DNA of 63,111 nt, filler included, from Octopus bimaculoides (GCF_001194135.2; 5 parts of 5 records of this genome joined end to end with filler, not necessarily neighbours in it); one strand, 5' to 3'. Positions 38,817 to 52,729 are shown, counted from the whole stretch's first letter. The notes: a model not told the origin generated them from the letters alone. A program made the numbers and translations.

Positions 38817-39499
38817 GTGCACATATATAGTTGTATATCTATCTATCTATTAACTGTGTATCTATTTATCTATCTATTTATCTATCTACCTATCTTGTAT
38901 ATATTCACGCATGTAGATATTCATACGTATAGTTGTGTAGTGAGTTATATATTTAAAACACAGCATAGAACCGCTGTTTAAAACTACATGTTTTCCTATA
39001 TATTACGCAGGGTGCATCAGTACACAGATATGGAATCATTTTTTAAAACTTGGCATTCCTTTCTATTCATATGTAAAACATTACTCATATGGACACGAAA
39101 AACATGAGTGGAGGTGTTCTCCTCGGTGTATTTATTACATTCTTACAAGTGTTATTTTTATGAACAGATTTTTTATGCCATGTTATATTTTACACGCCGA
39201 GTATATCCTAAGAATGAAGTAAGTTTGTGTAATATATGAAATCTTAGCCTCCTGATAATTCATATCATGCATATCTCTTTCTATCTTTTTATCAACGTGT
39301 ATGTGTATGTCTCCTTGCATTTGGTATAAGTAATTGTGTAATTGCTTCCTGCTATGGCTAAGTGTAAAGCAAATCTATACTAGGAAACTTCTTCATTATC
39401 TGAATTATTAGAAAATGGCTTCCATAACTGAATTGGAATCACCTGGCTTATGTAACCAGGTTGAATCTTGAACCTTCACGTTACATCATTATCTTATAT

Positions 39500-40560
39500 T
39501 GTATCGGTTCATCCCATAAGTAACATAAGTTTTTGTAGAAGACTTTGAAGAAATAGCAAAAGGCTAGTAAGTTACCAATTTAATTTACTATATATTACCC
39601 ATTTGAACCAATAACATTCTTCCAACACTGTAAAAGGTTTTTAGTGCCGTTCCTATAGAAATCAGCTGACTTAGAAGAGAAAAAACTCTTGAAAGTCCGT
39701 TCCAAGTACTTTTAAGGAACTGTTTTCTTTTCCATCAATGATTTTTTCTGGAAGCTACACAATAATTGATAATGCGAAGGAGCACGGTAAGGAGAATACG
39801 CTGGATGTGGAAGCCTTTGCCATCCTAGTTCCGCTATCTTGGCACATATGATTCTTGCACTATGAAGTCTGGCATTGTCATAAGTGAAAATGACATCCTT
39901 TCGATTGACTAGAGAGCACCTTTTTTGGAATTTTTCATTCAGTCTCTCAAAGTGCATTTGAGAGCTGTAATTATCTGGATTCAAGGTGTATTACACCAAA
40001 CAACGTCCCATCAGACGCTTAACAAAACTTTCCGAGGATAAAGATCTTGTTTTGGATGGAGTCTTGCTTGTCCCTATTAACATTCTTATAAATTATCCAC
40101 TGTTCATCACCGGTCGCAAGGTAATGCAAATATGAAGAATTTTCTCACGTGCAGATATTGACTTGTTCACTCAGTTCTTGTCAAGCGTAGACACCATTCC
40201 AAATTCTTGTAAATCTCAATGGACAATTGTTGGTGATGAATTAATCTTTTCTGCTAGCTCTTTAACTGTTGCATATGGATTTGTTTCAGTAACGGCTTTC
40301 AAATTTTCATTATCAAAAGAGACAGAGCTCCCAGAGCAGTGGGCACCTTCCAAGTGAAATTTATGGAACTATCGTTGGCACTTGCGAATATTCAAAACAC
40401 TTTCATCACACACAATTTTTACAGTATTTGTTGCATTGTTGCTTTTTTTATACTCGTAGAGCATGATAAGTCTAATGAGGTCTTCTGTGACCTCTATTTT
40501 CATGAGAGACTATTAAAACAACAAATCATTATCTATTTGTCTGCAAGTTAGAATGGAAAT
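39500..40560 (-). mobile_element. decayed mariner (DD34D-type) transposon
   Basis: HTH-like LIRLIMLYEYKK...NPYATVKELAE, then LATGDEQWIIYKN, YDNARLH and LGWQRLPHPAYSPYRAPSHYQL; many stops and frameshifts. Confidence 0.85.
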
Positions 40561-41211
40561 GCACCCGAGAAAAAAAAATCTTGTTTAAACGTGTTAGAGC
40601 ATGTTTCAACAAATACGGTCTCAAAAACATTACTTATCAGATAACCTGATAAAAATAATCCACATATATTGTATTTACACGAAATAATCCTCTGTCTATT
40701 TTCCTTTGCAATTATATTTGACACAAACACTTGCATACTGTTCTATATAACCATTTAAATATTAACGATGTGGTTCAAAACACTGAAATAATTTATGCAT
40801 AGCGAACTAGTAGATTTGAAATTGCAACATTTTTTCTAGCACATATTTTATATTATAATCTACTACACCGCTGAAAATGTATCATATGATTTCCATCTTT
40901 CTTATATTATGGTTATCTGTTCTTGATCTAATATACTTAAAATAAATTTCATATATATTTCCTGCAATAGCTCCACTTTCTCAATTTCTCTTCTTTCATT
41001 TTTATATATTAATGTAATTTTTCTGAGATAACTGTCTGGAATTTTATTTTTTATTTTACTCATTTTACTGCTTTAACTCTAATAATAGATATTTGTGTTT
41101 ATACGTCAGCTTCTCTCATCTCTTTCACGCTCTCTGTTTCTCTTTCCTTCTCTCGTGATGTATGAGTATGTGTGTATAATATGTGTATGTTTTACATGTA
41201 TATGCACATAT

Positions 41212-41242
<31 letters not shown>

Positions 41243-42072
41243 ATANNNNNNNNNNNNNNNNNNNNNNNNNNNNNNNNNNNNNNNNNNNNNNNNNNNNNNN
41301 NNNNNNNNNNNNNNNNNNNNNNNNNNNNNNNNNNNNNNNNNNNNNNNNATATATCCATCTATCTATATATCTATCTATCTATCTAACTCACGTAATATAA
41401 CGTGTGTTAATTTAAGGTGACAGGCATATACATTTAGTGCTCAGTTTGACATGCTGCTTAAGCTCCAACGTGAACAGTAGCTAAGAAGGTATCGATGCTA
41501 TGGGCAGCAAATAAAGAAAGGAGGACTGGTGCGTAGGAAGCGTTTCAATCTATCCGGTACGTATATAATAGAAGAAAAGTATAGAGGTAACTGGTATCGG
41601 GTCAGATTATTAACCTATATATTTAAATATTGATACAACAAGAGGACAGAATTACTTGTTACAAGAGTATAGATCACAAGATCTCGATAAAAAAAAATCA
41701 GTTTAATAATGTTCATATTGGTTTTGGCATATGCCAATATTCTCTCCGAACATATATACAGGAAGTACGAATTATTGATATTAGACAGAGTTATTCATCG
41801 TAGATAGATTCAGAAGCTAGATGAGAAAAATTCGAGAAAAGGAGAAAGCGTGCAGAGCTGTTTTTAGAATACATGCACCCTTTGACCATTTCCTTTCAAG
41901 CAGTATACAACCAACATTTTTAGGTTTCTGTAATCTGCAGCCGACATTTTAGATGAAGTTAATCGAAACTATACCTTTGCCTGCCACAATTACTTGCATG
42001 GAAAAGAACCAGCTACGCATCTAATTTCGAAACAGCTGTAAGAGACTATCTGTTCTTTCCGCTTATCTTTTC

Positions 42073-42134
<62 letters not shown>

Positions 42135-42189
42135 AGAATACACATAAATGTGTTTATGTATACACATATAAATGTGTATACATTCATAT

Positions 42190-43020
42190 TGTTAGGGTTA
42201 CTGTAGGTTTGGGGACTTAAAAGAATCCTCTAGTTTAAACGCCGTATTTGCTGGTTTCACGGTTAACTTGTTTGCAAAAAAAAAAAATGCAAAATTTTGA
42301 AATAGATTTTTTCTTTATTTTTTTTTCAAATGTCTACAAATGTCAAATGAATTCGATCCGGGATAAGTATCCAAATTTTTGTTCCGGTTATTGGATGACA
42401 AGGAAACAGTCCCCAATCGAAACCAGCAAGTAAAACAAATAGGTCTGTACAATTCAGTTATTTATGGAAGAATATGATAAAGATTACAATAATGGCAGTA
42501 TAGAGTTGATGTAAAATAATAAGGTCAATAGTCAAATATTGGACGAAGTAAAATAGTCAACAGAGTCATAAGTCCAAGATGTATTGATTGGAGATGTAGG
42601 CTCTCGATTATGCAGATTTCAATGGCCATGATGACGGTGAACGAATGGTCTTGGCAGCGAGCGTAGTTTTGAAAGCCCTAAAATCCAAAGTCGTGTCGAT
42701 GTCATCCCTCACATTTCAGCCACTGTCTTTTATACTTTAAGGCACTTCCAGAATAATCAGGCAAGGATACGCTATGTCATTATCTCTCCCCTAAATGCAA
42801 TAATCTTCTGGCTTAAAATAGTAATTTCTCCGAACGAAGGGAAGCAAAGGTGAGGTAACTCTAAGGCTAGATTTTTTTTTCTCTGAGAATAATGGGTAAC
42901 TATATATATAGTGACTTCACAGGTTCCAAACCAACCAATGGGCTAAACTTGTTTGACCCAAAGATAACTAAAATTTAATTATTACAATATTATAATTAAG
43001 AAAAATACATTCCCATAACA
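42190..43020 (-). mobile_element. 3' LTR (831 bp) of the Gmr1-type retrotransposon
   Basis: On the - strand it begins TGTTA directly after the purine tract aagaggaagag (43021-43031) and ends TAACA. A TATAAAA motif lies at ~42726-42733. Confidence 0.7.
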
Positions 43021-45420
43021 CTCTTCCTCTTAAGGGAAAGAAAGTTTTACAGATACTGATAATAAAATTAACATTATAAGCATCGTACAGAAGAACGCAG
43101 TAATATGCAGATATAATATGAAGCGTCAAGCAAACATAATACCATCATAAAGCAGATACGATATACAGCATCATCAAGTCATTTGATAATATTCTGAATT
43201 TTACAATCTCGACAGAGCATCAGCATAAACATTATCTTTGCCCTTAATACGCCTTATCACAAGACCGAACGGTTGCAAAGTCAAACTCCACCTCATAAGA
43301 CTTTGATTTTATTTTTTAAAGTCCGATGAAATCTCTGTCATGTTTCCTGTGACTCACGGTGATAAGCACTTGACTTAACCTATTCAATATCCAACTGGTA
43401 CACAACTTGTTAAAACACCTTAGACATGATATTTGAGTCCTGATCAGACTGGACAACATTCGACAAACCGATTTAGGTAAAAAATTTGCTCAAAGCCTTG
43501 ACAAACACAAGAGTGACAATCCTATGAAGAGCAATAGCTTCAGAAAGTCTTGTAGAAAAACATATGATAGTGAGAAGATACTGATTACCATACTTAGTTT
43601 TAGGTAACGGACCAACACAATCAATGATAAACTCAACTGAAATGTTCCACAAAAGCCAGTATGAGTTTTAAAGGAATGGGAGGAGCTTTCTGATTTGGTT
43701 TTCCAACAATTTTCAACAAACGTGACAACATTCTCTCTCAAGATTTGCTTACACGTAAATTATCTGCCATGGTACTTTCATGTGCCAATGAAAGTACATG
43801 ATTTCGTAACAATTTTAGTACTACAATTTGTTGATATAATTTCCATTCATCACCCACAGGAATGTCCGGTGGTCTATATCTCCTCATCAGAACACCATCC
43901 TTAATGTAATATCAAACTGCTGGAACCTTGCTAACCTCCTCAAAAGAAACAGGCTTATTAGTTAACTTCTGCAACTCAACATTCTTACACTGCGCACTAA
44001 AAAGCTGCTCTCTAGAAAGAATGTGATCACCATCTGACACACTATCAGACTGATCAAGAAGACCTGAAGAGTTTCTACCCTTTGAAGGTAAGTCATCAGT
44101 AACTACCTAACAAAAAGAAAGACCACTTGGAAGAGATGTCTTTCGATATCTTACGAGTCACTGCACAAGAAGGAAAAATACCGGGAAAATCTTTCTCCAT
44201 GTTTTCTGTACTAACGGAACTCTCCGGAGAAACAGTGACAATAGGAACACCACAAACTTTGGACGCCATAAGATCATTTCCAATCAACAAATCGGCTCCG
44301 AAAACTGGGAGAGGGTCCAGAACACCAACTTTTACCTCACCAGAAATCAGTTTTGAAGTTAAATTTACAAAATGAAGTGGAGAAGAAGAATTGCCACCTA
44401 CTCTCTAAAGCAAAACATCTGGGTTAGCTGAAAATTCATCACAAAGACAAAATATCCTTCAAAACCAGAGACTGAAGAGCTGCAGTATCCCTCAAATTAG
44501 TAAAGGGGCGTGAGGTAGACTTATCTCCCATAAGCGACACAGAATAATAAAAACAAACATCAAATCTCTTTCCGAACTATGGAATCTGGAAACCTACTCT
44601 CACAAACAAAGGTCTCCTCAGAACCACCCGAAAAGAAAGACTTAGATGCAACAGACACAAAAGCATTTAGGGAACCTGTGGAATATGCACAGCCATCACC
44701 AGAACGATTGGGAGTTTTAAAATTAGACTGAGATGAATTTGATTGCTTGTCAGTAGAATTTGAAGCTGTCCTCTCAACACTGCAACCTGAATGACCTGAA
44801 GTCTTACCTGGGAAAAAAACCATTTGGACCAGAAGACTACGACCTCAGAAACCAAAAAGAATCCTTGTGAATCAAATAATAATCATCTACCAACATAGCT
44901 ACATCATGTAAAACATCAAACTTTCGTTCATCCAAATAAATCTTGAGACCAGATTGAATAATCTGTTTGAAATCCTGCATGTAAACTAACTGCTTAAAAC
45001 TATCAATATCTGTGACCTCTTTAGAACTACACCACCTATCAAACAAAGTTTCTTTCTCCCTAACAAACTCTACAAAGGTCTTATTGTCCCTTTTATGAGC
45101 ATTCCTGAATTTCTGTCGATAAGCTTCGGACACAAACTCATAAGCTTTTAAAAGGGTCCTCTTAACCAGGTCATAATCTGAACTTTGCTCTACAGATGAG
45201 GCCGAAAATGCATCCTGAGCTTTATCCTTCAAAACAGTTTGCAGTAGCATAGTCCAAGACTCCTTAAACCACTTGCGGTTTTTAGCAACTTTTTCAAAAT
45301 GTAGAAAATACTTGTCCACCTCTTTTTCATTGAAATAGAGAACCAATCTGGCATGTCTTGCAATTTCTAAAGAGGAAGAGTGTGAGGGAGGAAAAGATTA
45401 CTTTCAGTGACTCAGGTTCC
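43021..45420 (-). mobile_element. internally deleted Ty3/Gypsy retrotransposon of Gmr1 type: gag (SCAN-like), protease, integrase, RNase H end
   Basis: gag FNEKEVDKYFLHFEKVA...EAYRQKFR...LFDRWC (44837-45400); protease LRDTAALQSLVL...LLIGNDL (~44250-44495); integrase IIDCVGPLPKT...QSDQD...SSAYHRESQ (~43310-43990); then NQSLMRWSLTLQ...IKGKDNVYADALSRL* (43201-43310). Confidence 0.88.
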
Positions 45421-45687
45421 AACCATCAGCACTGCAGCAATTTGTCTACTTTGGAAATCAGATGGGTTATACATTTTCTTTTTTTAAATATAAATATCTG
45501 CAGAAGGAGAAAATTAAGCCCTTCAATGTGCATAAGAATACAAACAGAGAGACTAGACAAGTCTTGAATTTGACATATTGCTATTAGAAAAAAATAGCTA
45601 AACATCAAACGTGGTGTTTACATTATTTTGTCCAACCCCGTGCTTATAATAATTTTCATTGGGATGTTTAATATATGAATATTCTTA

Positions 45688-45903
45688 AGCCGGCGATCTG
45701 GTAGAAACGTTAGCACGCCAGGCGAAATGCTTAGCGGTATTTCGTCTGTCTTTATGTTCTGAGTACAAATTCCATCGAGGTCGACTTTGCCTTTCATCCT
45801 TTCGGGGTCGATAAATTAAGTATCAGTTGCGTACTGGAGTCGATCTAATCGACTGGTTCCCTCAACCAAAATTTCGGGCCTTGTGCCTACAGTAGAAAAG
45901 AAT
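45688..45903 (+). mobile_element. tRNA-derived SINE (family 1); further copies 54575-54780 +, 56070-56277 -, 62625-62826 +
   Basis: ggcgatctggtagaaacgttagcacgccaggcgaaatgcttagcggtatttcg...gtcgactttgcctttcatcctttcggggtcgataaattaagt. Confidence 0.85.
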
Positions 45904-46048
45904 ATACCAATATATATACTATTTATAATGAGCATACAAACTTAGAATTGTACTGTGAACCACTGGGCGTCGATCATGTCGAATCTCCAATCACGATGAT
46001 TCAACCTGAATTGATTTCATCGGAGTCAAATAACTGAGTTGTTTTGAG

Positions 46049-46090
46049 TTAAGGGTTAGGGTTAGGGTTAGGGTTAGGGTTAGGGTTAAG
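46049..46090 (+). repeat. interstitial telomere-type (TTAGGG)5 tract
   Basis: Five perfect TTAGGG units at 46056-46085, flanked by TTAAG variants. Confidence 0.85.
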
Positions 46091-46735
46091 AAGACGAAAA
46101 TGCTTCTTCCAATCTAGACATCAGTAAATAAAACCTTTATAGATATATTGTAATAAATTATACATTTTTAGGATTTCTCCGCTTACTTAGAGATAATATA
46201 CCAACCGTATTATTTTGTATAATTTACAAAATAACAATTACTTCTTCAGTACTGATAGTTTATGATGTATGTTTATGTAAGAAATCTTTATTCCGTACTG
46301 ATACTTTCGCCGCATAATGATTTTATCCTTAAAATGTTTAAAAGCAAACAGTTTCTTCACTCTAAATAACTACATGGTTCCAATATATTTCTTTTTGTTA
46401 CATGATTGCTACTGCTACAGCCCTACATACTGATCGTAATTTAGTTGCTTATACTTATGTCCACAGTAAAAATTATACACAACAGTTTTATACTTATCAC
46501 TAGTCAGATTTTAACCGCATCATTTTTGTTGAAAGCATGGTATTCTTAACATTATTACATAACGTTTATTTACGCCATTATTGTTCACCCTAGCGCTTAA
46601 TAATCAGTTGTTTACAATTTTTCTTCCTACGTTAGTAATCCAGTATTTCTGTTAAATACATTGGCATATCATATATAAATATAGATATAAATAAATATAT
46701 ATAAACATACATACAAACATCTATCTATCTATGTT

Positions 46736-46766
<31 letters not shown>

Positions 46767-47239
46767 NNNNNNNNNNATACATACATATATATATCATATA
46801 TGTAAATATATATATGTTAATCTCAGTCGATAACACTTAAAGTGCGACGTTCTGAGCTGCTAAAATCTGAAATAGTTTATCTTTCTAATAACTTATATTC
46901 TTCCAATTTCTCATCAATTATTTTCTGTCCGCCTCAGTGCTGTTCTAGAGTTTAGTTTTCCAAAAAGTTAATTTAAAATGATACAGCAACCACTCGAGTT
47001 GGAAACCGTTAAATTTCTAAATTATGAACTTATGCCTGTATGTTTGTATGTATGTATATATGTATGTATGCATGTATGTATGTATATATGTATGTATGTA
47101 TTTATGCATGCATGTATGTATATATATATCTTTGTATATATCTATGTGCATATATATATATGTATATATATATATGTTTAATATATTGTAATATATAAAA
47201 TACATATGTATATATTTGAAAATATATTCATACATACAG

Positions 47240-47301
<62 letters not shown>

Positions 47302-47939
47302 ATACACACATATATGTATGTATCTATGGATCTACAAACATATCTATACATATATTTAAATGCATGTATTTAAACGTAACTAATTGTGTGTAGTACAGTT
47401 TATATCCTGCATAGGGAAATTCCTAATGCAGACATAAATTTGTAACTGTGTTGATTATACGTTTACCATGGGTCCTCATATGACTACGTAAACTTATTTG
47501 CATTAAACTTTTGCGAAGAATGAAGCATATAACTCTGTCAAGGGTCGTGAAACAGCTAATCAGTCTATCTTTTATCCTTTACTTGCTTCAGTCATTGATC
47601 TCCGGCCATGCTCCATTGCCGCCTTGAGGAATTTTAACTGGATGAACTGAGCACCAGTAATTATTTTCCTTTAAGCTTGGTTCTCATTCAACCCGTCTCT
47701 TTTATCGAAACGCTCGCTTATGGGGACGTAAACACCAAGACAGGTCTCCTGAACTGTTGGGGACGAACACAAACACAAAGACACAAACACACACACATGC
47801 ATAATACATGCATAACATACACATACACACGCATATATATAACGTGCTTCTTTCAGTTTCCGTTCTACCAAATCACTCACAAGGCTTTCGTCGGCTCCTG
47901 TTGTGCACTCAGTGAACATATATTTTCACTTCAACAGAG

Positions 47940-49130
47940 GATGAGTACACCTTTGTACATAAGGTACAACAGAGCAAGACTGGGATTGTTAGGGTCCTAT
48001 ACACATAGGCACTGAGAGTTGGTCTCTCTGTATGTGACCTTCTATGGACGACAAGTCCGGCATTTGAAATTGCAATATGGCCACAGAGAACGGAGTCAAT
48101 AGTTTCTCTACTTTTTCTGCTTAGCAGCAATTCAACCTCCTGCAGCATTTTGGAATTAGATTTTCCTATTTACTGGGCTTTTCAATTTTTTTGAACAGCT
48201 GGCTATCCTCCCCAACCTTTCGAATCTCTTGACTGAAATATTTCTAATAAACTGTGATGATATTCCAGTACTTCAACATGTGTTTCACGACGTCATAAAA
48301 TCTCTTTTGCTTTTGTTCTGGACGATTACTAAGACTTTATTCTCTATGAGGAAGTTACTTTGTCGTCCTTAAATCATCAATATAGATGACATGTTCACAA
48401 CGATGGAAGTTTACACACTGACAATACTGTACTCATAGCATGTGTGTTCTATGTATGCAATATTTCCGACTACTGTATAACTATACACTCTAGACATTTC
48501 TAGTGAAAACTTTCGACTATTTTGATGTGATGTTGATATGTCGATACATTCGATACATGATCATTCTTTGAGAAGAGCATAGAAGGGACATAATGGCGCA
48601 GGCATCATAGATGGAAATGTTGGTGGATATTTACTATTCCATGACACTATTCAATAGTATCGCAAATACAATTGAAGATTTCCCCACATCAAGTAACACA
48701 GCTGACAAGAGACATCAAAATTACACTAGATGAAGATTGTTTCAAAAGTATTGTATCTTCAAAAACAGTACAGGCAATGGAGAGAACTTTATTATATTAT
48801 GAATATAACAATTCAGATTAGATATATATTGTATGTTGTGCAGTGGCAGACAAATATGTGTGGGTCACAATATTTAACTGCATGAACACTCACAACTGAA
48901 AATTGTATGAGGAATAAAGTAGCGACAGAGCACTGTTTGATTTGAGGCAGAATTTTCAGGCTGGTTTGTTGTTGACGAATATATCAACAGAATTATGTGG
49001 GGGCCGCATCTCTCCTAAGGTTCTTTGTAGTGCTTATCTTTCCGCCTTATCTGAGGCTTTCGTTAAATCAACAAAATCTTTGTATAGTATACTTTGTTCA
49101 ATGAATTTTACTGAATTACACTTATATATT
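47940..49130 (-). mobile_element. heavily decayed RTE LINE (RT motif to C-terminal zinc finger, internally deleted)
   Basis: EQSILYKDFVDLTKASD (RT FVDLTKAFD motif, ~49040-49100), KRFYDVVKHMLK, and CGHIAISNAGLVVHRRSH (~48030-48090). Confidence 0.65.
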
Positions 49131-49134
49131 CTTA

Positions 49135-49211
<77 letters not shown>

Positions 49212-49213
<2 letters not shown>

Positions 49214-49982
49214 TCTACCTTTCATTCTGAGAGAGCAACCCATTGACACTGAAATCGTTAACCGTCTTGCAAAGACAACCAACACATTTGGCAAACTTCG
49301 TCATCGCCTATGGTATGAAAGGGGCATCAAATTTACACGAAACTACAGGTCTATAAAGCAGCTATTTTTACTTCTCTCTTATATAGCTCAGAATCATGGA
49401 TACTTTAGAGACGACATATTAACCAAATAGATATCTCCACAAAGCGTGTCCGAAGACAATCTGCGGTTATTCACTAAAATACAAAGTTTCTAGTACCGAC
49501 TTGTTTAGCAAGCGTAAGATTGTTGGAATTGAGAACTTCCTTATACAAACACAATTGCGCTGGGCTGGCCATCTCGTCAGAATGAGTGACGAATGAATAC
49601 CCAAAGTCCTCATGTTCAGCCAGTTTGAGAGTGGGTACAGGAATGTTGGTTAGCCTTGGCTCAGATATAAGGACAACCTGAAGAGTAATCTCTTAGAGAT
49701 GAAAATAGCTCACAACATCTTTGATTCAACAGCCTTGGAACGAACTAAATGGAGATCGCTGTGTCAAAATTTTTGTTGCAAACAGAATTAAAAGGCTTCG
49801 GGGTGCAAGACAAAGGAGAAAAGCAGCTGCAAATATACCACCTGTAATCCTCATACTTGTAACATCTGTGGCCTTTTTTGTAAATCGTTGACGGGACTTA
49901 AATATCACATTCAAGCATTATGAATGACAAAGAGTACGTTGTCGGAGACTCATACGTCCAAACCGACGGGAGAGACCATCAT
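49212..49982 (+). mobile_element. RTE (BovB-like) LINE 3' end
   Basis: EIVNRLAKTTNTFGKLRHRLWYERGI..., QLRWAGHLVRMSDE, LRYKDNLK, ALERTKWRSL, C-terminal CNICG; with frameshifts. Confidence 0.85.
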
Positions 49983-50044
49983 GTATATATATGATATGAT
50001 ATGTGTGGGTGTGTGCGTGTGTGTATGTATGATATGATATGTGC

Positions 50045-50080
<36 letters not shown>

Positions 50081-50294
50081 AATTCAAAGAACAAACAATT
50101 AACAAAATGGAGAAGAAAAGAAAAAAAAAGAACATGAGGATATGCACAAACAATATATTAATTTAATGCTCACTGAAATGAGAGAGTTGTTAACATTTCG
50201 ATCACAACTCTCCGTCGGAAAGAGGAAAGTCCAAAAAGAAAAAAGGAAAATCGCCAACAGCCTACGAGCGGTTACATTTCTGAAGTGACCGGAA

Positions 50295-51265
50295 TATACA
50301 TCATCATGTTCATCATCATCATCCTCATCAGCAGCACCACCACCATCATCGTTTAACGTCTGCTTTCCATGCTGGCATGGGTTGGATGTTTTGACTGAGG
50401 ACTGGCAAGCTAGGAGGCTGCACCAGGCTCCAATCTGATCTGGCAAGGTTTCTACAGATGCATAGCCTTCCTAACTCCAACCTCTCCGAGAGTGTAGTAG
50501 GTGCTTTTTACGTGCCACCGACACGGTCGCGAGTCAGGCGGAACTGGCATCAACCGTGCTCGAATGGTGCTTTTGACGTGCCACCGACACGGGAACATGT
50601 CAGGCCAGCTGGCGTTGACCACACTCGAATGGCGTTTTTTACGTGCCATTACCACGAGTGCCAGTCAAGCGGCACTAGAATCGACCACGACTACGGCTTC
50701 ACTTGACTCAGCAGGTCTTCTCAAGCACAGCGTATTGCCCGATGATTGAAGAGTACTTTTAAACGGGCCAGTTATGCGACACTGGCATGGGCAACAGCTA
50801 CAATCTAACTTGGCTAGCCGCGTCTTCTCAAGCACAGCATATCTCCAAAGGTCTTGGTCGCTTGTGATTGCCTCTGTGAGGCCCGACTTTTGAGGTCGTG
50901 CATCACCACATCATCCCATGTCTTCCTGGGTCTACGTCTTCCACAATTTCCTTCCACTGTTAGGGTTTGACAGTTCTTCATACAGCTGTCCTCATCCATA
51001 CGCAACACTTGACCATACCAGCGCAGTCATCTCTCTTGCACACCACATCTGATGCTTTTTATGTCCATCTTTATCCTCAGGGCGTTTACACACTGTCGTG
51101 TAAGCACGCTGACATTACACATTCAGTGGAGCATACTAGCTTCATTTCTTTCAAGCCTATGCATGTCCTCAGCAGTCACAGCTGTGTGGCATGGCTGTTC
51201 GCGCAAATGCATCATACAGTTTAGGTAGGAGTTCTTTGAACTTTGCACAGGCTATTCTTATTCCA
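50295..51265 (-). mobile_element. RTE LINE 3' end with complete 3' UTR, internal ~65-nt repeats and (ATG)n tail
   Basis: ARIACAKFKELLP..., RMDEDSCMKNCQTLTVEGNCGRRRPRKTWDDVV, followed contiguously by the UTR and tail seen at 4.1, 4.5, 8.2, 17 and 21 kb. Confidence 0.88.
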
Positions 51266-51274
51266 GCAGCTATG

Positions 51275-51722
51275 TGTACTGTGACCAGCTGGGCAAATTA
51301 AACGCAGCGATTCAGCTGAAGCGCCTATAGCATATTCTTTCATCACGACAATGTCAGAAAGCGCAATCATTTTCAGACGCGACAGAAGTTGTCAAGTCTT
51401 GGCTGGGAACTTTTGCCGCACCCTCCATATCCGTCAGGCCTTGCGTCTTCAGATTTTCTCTTCTTTTGGTCTCTTCAAAATTTACTGAATGGACAAAGCT
51501 TCAACTCTGACGAGGATGAAAAGAATTCCCCTGGAAAGGTTTTTCACCATTATGGATAGGAAATTCTTTGATTAATACATAATGAATCTACGAACAATGT
51601 AGCAGAAGATACTGGAGACGAAACGATAAGTAGCAACATTCAATAAATTAACTGTTGTTTAAAATTTGTGTCTCATTTTTTTCTCGAAATATCCGAACGA
51701 ACTTTTTAGCAAACCTGATATA
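51275..51722 (+). mobile_element. mariner transposase C-terminal half and right TIR
   Basis: FHHDNVR...QKLSSLGWELLPHPPYPSGLASSDFLFFWSLQN; ends ccgaacgaactttttagcaaacctgata, resembling a mariner TIR. Confidence 0.85.
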
Positions 51723-51954
51723 TATCGCAAAATGTAAGGAACAATTTACATCAGATTACTTATACTGTGAAGTCTAAGCGGGAAGTGGATGATTTAATAT
51801 GACAGAGGTCGAGTAGGTCAAACAAAGCCTTCAATAGCATGGTTCTTGTTTCCAGAGTAGATTACGTTGATAGCTAAAAGAATAATAAGGAAATTGCCTA
51901 CGGTATCCTTATAGCGAAACAAAAGGTTAGCTAACAAGATCACGGCAAGGTTTG

Positions 51955-52022
<68 letters not shown>

Positions 52023-52729
52023 CACACACATACACAGAAGCAAGCATACATATGCACACACAGAAGCAAGCATACACATGCACACACACACACACATATA
52101 CACAGGAACACGCTCACGAACTCAATCACGCACGTTCACATACACACATACACACATACGTTGATGCATATACGTTTGTGTGTGTGTGTACGTCACTGTC
52201 ATTGGATGTTTGTATCGGCGCGTGCATAATTGAAAACACGACCACGGTCCTGTTCTAAATATATTTTCCTTATCTTGTACAATAAATATCTAAATATTTC
52301 CACTTCCTTCACTCGTTCAGACCTGCGATATACGTCGTGGATAAAATGTTATCATATGAAGTTTCACACTCAGTTAATACAAGCAAGAAATGTAGTTACT
52401 ATTACTATATTGTCTATCATGTTTTCTGCTATCATCATATTTTTCGAATGGCTTGTATCAAGTTTCTTTCTGCTATAAGAAAATAGTTTGGCATAGATAT
52501 CTAGAGCTAGGTGATTGATAAAATTCCCTATTTGGTTACAGTGTGTTCAGTTATGCTTTATTGTTAATACTCCTATCATAGTTAATGTTTCAGCATAATA
52601 GAATTTTGTTATCTGCTATAATCTACTCACATAATTAATATGTTGCAAATTCTTTCTTATTGTAAATTGCAGTGCAAAGAAATCGCAAGCAATTTTTCTC
52701 ATAATCTTACACTTTTAAGCCAGCCCCTT

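Noticed and set aside
41450-42060. Possible decayed Penelope GIY-YIG end and pLTR (GTYII..., cgaaacagctgta)
   Set aside because: Motifs need several assumed indels; too weak to call.
51818-52258. HTHT/CVCV/IYIY/poly-Y/poly-I ORFs throughout the window
   Set aside because: Translations of CA/TG, TA and AAT microsatellites.
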